Assembly (NCBI GenBank): GCA_035574155.1
Contig: DATLZD010000075.1
Span: 5 to 64,004 of the forward strand
Direction of reading: 5' to 3'
Source: Dehalococcoidia bacterium
GTDB taxonomy: Bacteria; Chloroflexota; Dehalococcoidia; SM23-28-2; HRBIN24
DNA: 64,000 nt
The position numbers and the translations under genes were made by a program. The notes under the pieces are model-generated. The model did no database searches, was not told the origin of the DNA, and saw only the letters and a program-made list of their open reading frames with translations. Positions 58,288 to 64,000 of the stretch are shown here, piece by piece. Every line of letters starts with the position of its first letter. Positions within the stretch are counted from its first letter, which is position 1.

Positions 58288-58935
58288 ATGAAGGCCACCG
58301 GCGTCCGCCGACTGGTCAGGCCCATGTCCCTAGCCGACATCCCTCAGGTCGAGGAGATCGAGCGCGAGGCCTTCCCCAGCAGCTGGCCTCCCTCTGCCTT
58401 TCAACACGAGTTGCGCCACAACCGCATCGCGCGCTACCTGGTGGCGGTGGAGGAGCTGGGGCAAGATGAGGAGGTGCCGCCGCCTCCCGCTGTCGGCCTG
58501 GGGCGGGTATTGGTGGGGCTGCGACGGGCCCTGAGCGGCGAGGATACCCCACGGGAGCGGGTCCTGGGCTACCTCGGCATGTGGTTGCCGGCCGATGAGG
58601 CCCACATCATCGCCATCGCCGTGCGCTCGGCCTATCGCCGTCAGGGGCTGGGGGAGCTGTTGCTGATGGCCGGCCTGGAGCTGGCGCGACGGGAGGGTCG
58701 GACGCTGGCAACCTTGGAGTGCCGGGTCTCCAACGGGCCTGCCCAGGCCCTCTACTACAAATACGGGTTCCGACAGGTGGGTCTGCGCCCGCGCTACTAT
58801 TCCGACAACCTGGAGGATGCCTACGTCATGGCGCTGGACGGCCTCCACACCCCTGCCGTGGCCCGTCGGTTGGAGGAGCTGAAGGCCCTCTACCGCCAGC
58901 GCCGAGGAGAGGCCCACATCCTGATGGACCTGTAG
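58288..58935 (+). CDS. rimI: Ribosomal-protein alanine N-acetyltransferase (GNAT)
   Basis: EIEREAF..SW, EAHI..IAV, RRQGLG, LECRVSN..AQ.LY.KYGF, RPRYY.DN.EDA. Confidence 0.88.
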   Translation: MKATGVRRLVRPMSLADIPQVEEIEREAFPSSWPPSAFQHELRHNRIARYLVAVEELGQDEEVPPPPAVGLGRVLVGLRRALSGEDTPRERVLGYLGMWLPADEAHIIAIAVRSAYRRQGLGELLLMAGLELARREGRTLATLECRVSNGPAQALYYKYGFRQVGLRPRYYSDNLEDAYVMALDGLHTPAVARRLEELKALYRQRRGEAHILMDL

Positions 58936-58951
58936 CTGCAGGAGGTGCCAG

Positions 58952-59275
58952 GTGGCAGCCAGCGTGGAGCAGGCCATAGCCAGACTGCGTCGACAGCTGG
59001 AGCAGGTGCCGTGGCTGCGAGGCCGCGGCCCCGTTTCCTACCACTACGGGCAGTGGGTGGATGCCACCCACCATGCCCTCATGACCCTGTTCGGCGAGGA
59101 CTCACCCGAGGCGAGGGGGTTCCTGGAGATCGTGGGCACCGGCGCTGCCGAGCGGGGCTGGGGGGTGCCCCTAGCGCCCGACCACCAATGGGGGCTGCGG
59201 GCGCGGTTGGACCGTGCCGAGGGCTACCTTCGTCAGCTGCTGGAGGGCCTGGAACGACAGGCGCGGGCCCCGTAG
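58952..59275 (+). CDS. Hypothetical protein, 107 aa
   Basis: GTG start with GGAGG RBS, coding-like bias, co-oriented with rimI. Confidence 0.65.
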   Translation: MAASVEQAIARLRRQLEQVPWLRGRGPVSYHYGQWVDATHHALMTLFGEDSPEARGFLEIVGTGAAERGWGVPLAPDHQWGLRARLDRAEGYLRQLLEGLERQARAP

Positions 59276-59296
59276 CCCTTCCCCCAGGCAAGCCCA

Positions 59297-60007
59297 CTAG
59301 GGGCGGGCGCCTTCCAGGCCTTGGCTGGCCAGCGCCACCACATCGGCTGCCAGCGACAGGGGCAGTCGCGCGGTCTCGATGGTCAGGTGGTAGTGCTGGG
59401 GGTCGTCCGGCTCCACCTTCCACAGGCGGCGGTAGAAGAGGGTGCGGCCGCGGTCGGCCTGGGCCACCTGGCGGGCCGCTTCCTCCAGGCCCAGCCCCTC
59501 CCTCTCGGCGTAGCGTCGCACCCGGGTCTCCTTGGGGGCCAGGGCCAGCACGTGCAGGGCGCCGGGAAAGTCGCGCAGGGCCACATGGCTCCCGCGGCCC
59601 ATGATGACCACGTCGCCCCGGTAGGCCAGCTCCCGGAAGACGCCCGTCAGCACCTTCACGTAGAGGGCATCGTCGATGTCCGTCTCTTGGCCTTCCTCCA
59701 GCTGGGTGGCCATCTCGGTGTAGCTGCGGGAGAATATGACCTCCAGGCCGGTGCCGCCGGTGAGGGGGTCGGTGCCCAGGAGGGCAGAGCGCTCCAGGAA
59801 GCCCCGCAGCAGGGACGCTAGACGTTCCCTCAGCCCCAGACAGCGCTCGTCCCGCTCGGCCACCCTCTCCACCCGCACGCCAAGGCGGCGGGCGGCATCC
59901 ACCAGGATCTGCTGGTCGATGAGGTCGATCCCCAGCTTCTGGGCCACCAGGAGCCCCAGCTCGCGGGCGCCCGACCCGGCGGCACCTGAAACGGTGATGA
60001 CGGGCAT
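59297..60007 (-). CDS. Cytidylate-kinase-like family protein
   Basis: ITVSGAAGSG, VIMGRG, DR.R..FY, YHLTIET. Confidence 0.82.
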   Translation of the reverse strand: MPVITVSGAAGSGARELGLLVAQKLGIDLIDQQILVDAARRLGVRVERVAERDERCLGLRERLASLLRGFLERSALLGTDPLTGGTGLEVIFSRSYTEMATQLEEGQETDIDDALYVKVLTGVFRELAYRGDVVIMGRGSHVALRDFPGALHVLALAPKETRVRRYAEREGLGLEEAARQVAQADRGRTLFYRRLWKVEPDDPQHYHLTIETARLPLSLAADVVALASQGLEGARP

Positions 60008-60107
60008 CCCTTCTGTTTCCCCTCTCCTCCGCAACGACCTAGCATAGCGTCTCCCGCTACCCTTGGGAATGGGGGAGAGCAGTGGTCTACAATGGGCTGG
60101 GTGACCC

Positions 60108-60893
60108 ATGGAGGGCGCTCAGTCCTACCGCCTGCCGCTGTCCTACGTGCTGCGCTTCGCCGTGGCGGTGGCCCTGGGACGCCGACGTGAGGTGGGTCCG
60201 GACGCGGCGGCGGTGCTGGAGCGGGCCGGGCCGCCCCACCGCACGGTGGGCGAGGAGCACATCCCCCTGCGGGGCCCTTTCGTCCTGGTCGCCAACCACT
60301 ACGAGCGTCCGGGACTGAAGGTGTTCTGGGGCGGCATGCTCCTCACCGCCGCCGTCTGGCGACGGCGGGGCCAGTCGCCCCGCTGGCTCATGACCAGCGA
60401 GTGGTACAACTTCCGCCTGGGGCCGCTGCCGGTGCCGGTCTGGCTGCTGCGCTGGCTGTTCCGCCGCCTGGCCAGGGTCTACGACCTGGTCATCGTGCCC
60501 CGGGCGCCGGAGCGGGGCGTGGGACGGGCGGCCGCCCTCCGGGCCGTCCTCCAGGCTGCATCGCCCCAGGGGCGCCCCCTGGCCCTCTTCCCGGAGGGGA
60601 TCGGGAGCGGTCGCCTGCTGCGGCCCCCGGAGGGGGTGGGGCTGCTGCTGCTGGCCCTGAGCGAACGGGGCGTTCCCTGTCTGCCTGCCGGCCTGTTCGA
60701 GGAGGACGGGCACCTGGTGGCCCGTTTTGGCCCTCCCCTCCTGCTGCGGAGCGAGGGAGAGAAAGAGGAGCGTTTCCGGCGGGCCCGGGACCAGGCCATG
60801 CTGGCCATCGGCTCTCTTCTGCCCAGGGGCCTCTGGGGCGACTATGCCGCTGACCTGCAGCGGCTGCTGGAGCGGGGCGGGCACCTGGCCTAG
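60108..60893 (+). CDS. PlsC-like acyltransferase, atypical motif
   Basis: GPFVLVANHYERPG, LALFPEG, CLPAG. Confidence 0.7.
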   Translation: MEGAQSYRLPLSYVLRFAVAVALGRRREVGPDAAAVLERAGPPHRTVGEEHIPLRGPFVLVANHYERPGLKVFWGGMLLTAAVWRRRGQSPRWLMTSEWYNFRLGPLPVPVWLLRWLFRRLARVYDLVIVPRAPERGVGRAAALRAVLQAASPQGRPLALFPEGIGSGRLLRPPEGVGLLLLALSERGVPCLPAGLFEEDGHLVARFGPPLLLRSEGEKEERFRRARDQAMLAIGSLLPRGLWGDYAADLQRLLERGGHLA

Positions 60894-60904
60894 GGTGAGG
60901 AGGG

Positions 60905-62338
60905 ATGGCCGCCCACGATCCCCTGCCGACGATGCCCCTGCGCGACCGCCTGCTCTATGCCTCTGCCAGCTTCGGGGGCAACGTCCTCTCGCGCTCTCGC
61001 GACCTGTGGCTCATCTACTTCTACGCCCCTCCCGCTGATGCCGATATCCCGCGGCGCGTGCCGGTGCTGGTGCTGGGGGCGCTGCTGCTGGCGGCGCGGG
61101 TGATAGAGGCCCTGGACGATCCCCTCATCGGCTGGTGGAGCGACCGGACCCGCAGCCGTTGGGGACGGCGCATCCCCTTCGTGCTGTTCGCCACCCCCCT
61201 CTATGCCCTGTTCGCTGCCCTGCTGTGGACGCCGCCTGACCCCCACGAGAGCGCCCTGAACGCCGCTTACCTGTTCATTGTCCTGGAGGCATTTCACCTG
61301 TTCAGCACCCTGTCGGGGGGACCTTTCGAATCGCTGTTGCCCGAGATAGCGCCCCGCTCCCAGGACCGGGTCAGCATCGTCACCTGGCAGGTGTTCTTCG
61401 GGACCATTGGCGCCTTCGTGGCCTTGGTGGTGAGCGGGGTCATCGTGGACGTGGCGGGCTTCCAGGCCATGGGCATCACCATGGCGGTGCTGGCCTTCGT
61501 CTCCCGCTACGTGGGGCTGGCAGGGGCCTGGCGCCATGCCCGGCGCGACGTGGAGCCGGCCCGCATCGACTTCCTGCAAGCGGTCCGGTCGACGCTGGCC
61601 AACAGCCAGTTCCGCGCCTTTCTGCCCACCTTCATCCTGTTCAACGCCGCCATTTCCCTGCTGACCTCGGCCCTGCCCTACTGGGCCTCGGTGGTCCTGC
61701 TGCGGGGGCTGGAGCCGGAGATCGCACGTCTGGAGACGGGCCACGAGCTGACGTTACAGGTGGGGCCCCTGGAGGTGGGCGTGGGCGTGGGGACGGCAGT
61801 GGGGCTGCTGACGGGGGCGGCCATCCTGGTGGTCCTGGCCTCCCTACCCCTGGTCTACAGGCTAGCGGTGTGGAGGGGTAAGGCGTGGGTCTACTCGCGG
61901 GCGCTCCTCTATGGCTCCCTCTATCTGCCCTGGCTGGCCTTCATGGGGTTCGTACCGGGGATCGACCCCTTCCTGCAGGCGCTGTTCTTCGTGGCCCTCA
62001 TCGGCCTGCCCATGGCCGCCGTCTACACCTTCCCCAACGCCATCCAGGCCGACATAGTGGACTACGACTACCTGCTGACCGGCCAGAGGCGGGAGGCCAT
62101 CTACTACGCCACTCAGGCGACCCTGGAGAAGGTGGCCTCGGCCCTCTATCCAGCGGTGCTGGCCCTGCTCCTCTCCCTGGGTGCCAGCGTCGACAACCCC
62201 CTGGGCATCCGGTTGGTGGGGCCGGTGTCGGGGCTGGCCTGCCTGCTAGGGCTGTTGACCTTCCGGGCCTACCGCTTACCCGACCAAGTGACGGCCGAAT
62301 CGGTCCGCGGGCGGGGCCTCAGCCCCGAGCGGGCCTAG
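60905..62338 (+). CDS. MFS transporter, GPH (MelB-like) family
   Basis: DDPLIGWWSDRTRSRWGRRIPF, ADIVDYD...TG.RRE..YY. Confidence 0.9.
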   Translation: MAAHDPLPTMPLRDRLLYASASFGGNVLSRSRDLWLIYFYAPPADADIPRRVPVLVLGALLLAARVIEALDDPLIGWWSDRTRSRWGRRIPFVLFATPLYALFAALLWTPPDPHESALNAAYLFIVLEAFHLFSTLSGGPFESLLPEIAPRSQDRVSIVTWQVFFGTIGAFVALVVSGVIVDVAGFQAMGITMAVLAFVSRYVGLAGAWRHARRDVEPARIDFLQAVRSTLANSQFRAFLPTFILFNAAISLLTSALPYWASVVLLRGLEPEIARLETGHELTLQVGPLEVGVGVGTAVGLLTGAAILVVLASLPLVYRLAVWRGKAWVYSRALLYGSLYLPWLAFMGFVPGIDPFLQALFFVALIGLPMAAVYTFPNAIQADIVDYDYLLTGQRREAIYYATQATLEKVASALYPAVLALLLSLGASVDNPLGIRLVGPVSGLACLLGLLTFRAYRLPDQVTAESVRGRGLSPERA

Positions 62339-63030
62339 TCGGGGGCGCGGGGCGGTGTGGGGCCGGCCGGTGGGGTGGGGGCGGCCCCCGGCGGCCCGAA
62401 GACGATGATGACCTCGTCGCCGTCACGGGGCACGTAGTCCTCAAAGTCTGCCCGCGGCTGGCCGTTGACCAGGACCTGGACCTGCCCCTGCTGGCCCTGG
62501 AAGGGCCCTTCCCCGCAGGTATCCCCGTTGCGGAAGACCCGCGTGTCGCCCGGGACCTGGAGCGTATCGGGGGTGAGGATGCCGCCCCTGCCCAGGGCCC
62601 GGCCAGCATACTCGAAGAACTTGACCAGACGCGCGCCGCGCCCCTCCTCCGACGCGTTCTCGGGGTGGATGTGGATGTAGCCGTCCCCGTGGGTGTGGAC
62701 GCCGCCGGCGAAGACGGGTATGTTGGGCTGCTTCACCCCACATATCCAGATCTCGTAGCGGGCGTGCCAGTGGTCGCCCATCTTGGGGCTGATAGCCCCC
62801 GCCTCCCGGAACAGCACCAGCGCCAGGAAGATGGCCACCACCGCCACGGCGATGATGGCCACCGGCAGCCAGGGGGGTAGGTAGATGGCGATCCCCGCAC
62901 GGGGCTGGGGAGTCCGTGGCTGGGGCGGACGGCCGGTGCGGGGCTGGCCGCGCCGCCAGAAGGAAAGGGGGTGGGTGTCCTCCCGCCGCTGCTGGGCCCG
63001 TCGCGAGCGGCGCCGCTCGCGACGGCTCAT
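62335..63030 (-). CDS. Single-TM protein with His cluster (HWH...C...HTHGDGYIHIHP)
   Basis: Arg-rich N-terminus, one TM, extracytoplasmic domain, Pro-rich tail; ATGA overlap with rpiB. Confidence 0.72.
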   Translation of the reverse strand: MSRRERRRSRRAQQRREDTHPLSFWRRGQPRTGRPPQPRTPQPRAGIAIYLPPWLPVAIIAVAVVAIFLALVLFREAGAISPKMGDHWHARYEIWICGVKQPNIPVFAGGVHTHGDGYIHIHPENASEEGRGARLVKFFEYAGRALGRGGILTPDTLQVPGDTRVFRNGDTCGEGPFQGQQGQVQVLVNGQPRADFEDYVPRDGDEVIIVFGPPGAAPTPPAGPTPPRAPD

Positions 63031-63488
63031 GGGGCCGCCTCCGCTGGCTGGCGATAGAGGCGGTCCATCTCCTCCACCTTGGCGATGTTCTCGGCCTCGC
63101 TGGGGTCCGGCTCTGCGTTGAACCAGGCGTCCAGGATCTCCTTGGCCACAGCCTGGGAGGTGGAGCGCAGGCTGAGACAGAGGACGTTGGCCCGGTTCCA
63201 GGCGCGGGCCCCCCGGGCGGTCTCGGCGTCGTGGCAGAGGGCAGCTCGGATGCCGGGCACCTTGTTGGCGGCAATGGAGACGCCCGTGCCCGTCCAGCAG
63301 AAGAGTATGCCCTCGTCTGCCTCGCCCCTGGCCACCATCTCGGCCACCTGCCGGGCCACGTCGGCCCACTGCAGCGGTTCCCCGGCCAGAGGCCCCACCA
63401 GCCGCAGCTGGAAGCCTCGGCGCCGCAGCTCCTCCACCACGTAGTCAGTCAGGGGCGTGCGTTCGTCGCTGCCCACGGCCAGACGCAT
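63027..63488 (-). CDS. rpiB: RpiB/LacA/LacB family sugar-phosphate isomerase
   Basis: GSDE, FCWTGTGVSIAANKVPGIRAAL, ARAWNRANVLCL. Confidence 0.88.
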   Translation of the reverse strand: MRLAVGSDERTPLTDYVVEELRRRGFQLRLVGPLAGEPLQWADVARQVAEMVARGEADEGILFCWTGTGVSIAANKVPGIRAALCHDAETARGARAWNRANVLCLSLRSTSQAVAKEILDAWFNAEPDPSEAENIAKVEEMDRLYRQPAEAAP

Positions 63489-63546
63489 CCGCCTCGTCCT
63501 CCTTCGCAGTCCATTATATAGGCCACTGCGCCTCCGGAAACGGGGG

Positions 63547-64000
63547 TCAGGCCCGCAGCGGCCGTGCCACCTGGGGCCGCTCGTCCAGGAACAGGCGCAC
63601 GCGGTGGACGCGCCGCGGCGGCTGACGGAAGCCCAGGGCGGCCGTGACCTGCTCGGCCCGACCGGCCGTGTGCTGGTCGGTGCGCAGGCGCATGCCCAGC
63701 AGGAAGGCGCCGTCCTGCTCCTCTTCCAGCCACAGGTCGTAGACCAGGGCGCGCAGGTCGTAGCGGCGGACCTGCCCCTGGCGCAGGTGCTGCCAGGGGA
63801 TGGAATCGGCGGCCAGGAGGGCGGCGATGGCCTCCTCCACTTCGGCCCTGTCGCGGCCCTCGGCCTCCACCTGGACCTGGTACTCGGCCCAGCGGACCTG
63901 GGTCTGGAGGGCGGGAGCCCGCAGTCCCACCTCCCTCACGGCCACCACCTCGGTGCCCGGCACCACCTGGGCGTTGACCTGGCGCAGGAAGTCGCGCAGG
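63547..64000 (-). CDS. Radical-SAM-associated protein (TIGR03936/DUF2344-like), 5' truncated
   Basis: C-terminal pattern YDLRALV..L..., GRAEQV..ALG, RVHRVRL; frame open past the window edge. Confidence 0.7.
   Translation of the reverse strand, partial: LRDFLRQVNAQVVPGTEVVAVREVGLRAPALQTQVRWAEYQVQVEAEGRDRAEVEEAIAALLAADSIPWQHLRQGQVRRYDLRALVYDLWLEEEQDGAFLLGMRLRTDQHTAGRAEQVTAALGFRQPPRRVHRVRLFLDERPQVARPLRA

Overview
High-GC (about 70% by eye) bacterial chromosome segment. The gene content suggests a thermophile-like Chloroflexota/Dehalococcoidia lineage (inference from the Gram-positive-type LexA box, the ffh-rpsP-khpA-rimM block, an F420-type LLM, a DUF5667/DUF5666 anti-sigma and a HEPN-T/MNT pair). 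I found no CRISPR array, rRNA, integrase or transposase. Left to right: a His-rich membrane protein divergent from an OmpR/HK two-component pair; tRNA-Leu/Gly/Cys; nadA-hpt-ade-HEPN-MNT-phosphatase-nadB-nadC; a convergent dTDP-amino-sugar/GT2/GT-C glycosylation cluster; rimM-khpA-rpsP-ffh, gap, lexA, a crotonase, darA, hppA and tRNA-Glu; an ECF sigma/anti-sigma pair; a ThDP enzyme; tRNA-Gln/Glu; a 79-aa protein with 23 His; gltX; PadR-modABC; a catabolic island of about 18 kb; then housekeeping genes (MBL hydrolase, gpsA, sufU, rimI, acyltransferase, MFS, rpiB). The island (37.5-55.8 kb) is the best candidate for an undescribed system. It holds a divergent acetone-carboxylase-family alpha/beta/gamma enzyme, two BbsEF-like class III CoA-transferase pairs (one Asp-less and one catalytic subunit each), a DUF35/non-canonical thiolase pair, an acetyl-CoA transferase, an acyl-CoA dehydrogenase, an F420-type LLM and an orphan lipoprotein solute-binding protein. 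Several small ORFs missing from the ORF track and several operator-like palindromes were read directly from the sequence. All family assignments come from motif recognition, not database searches.
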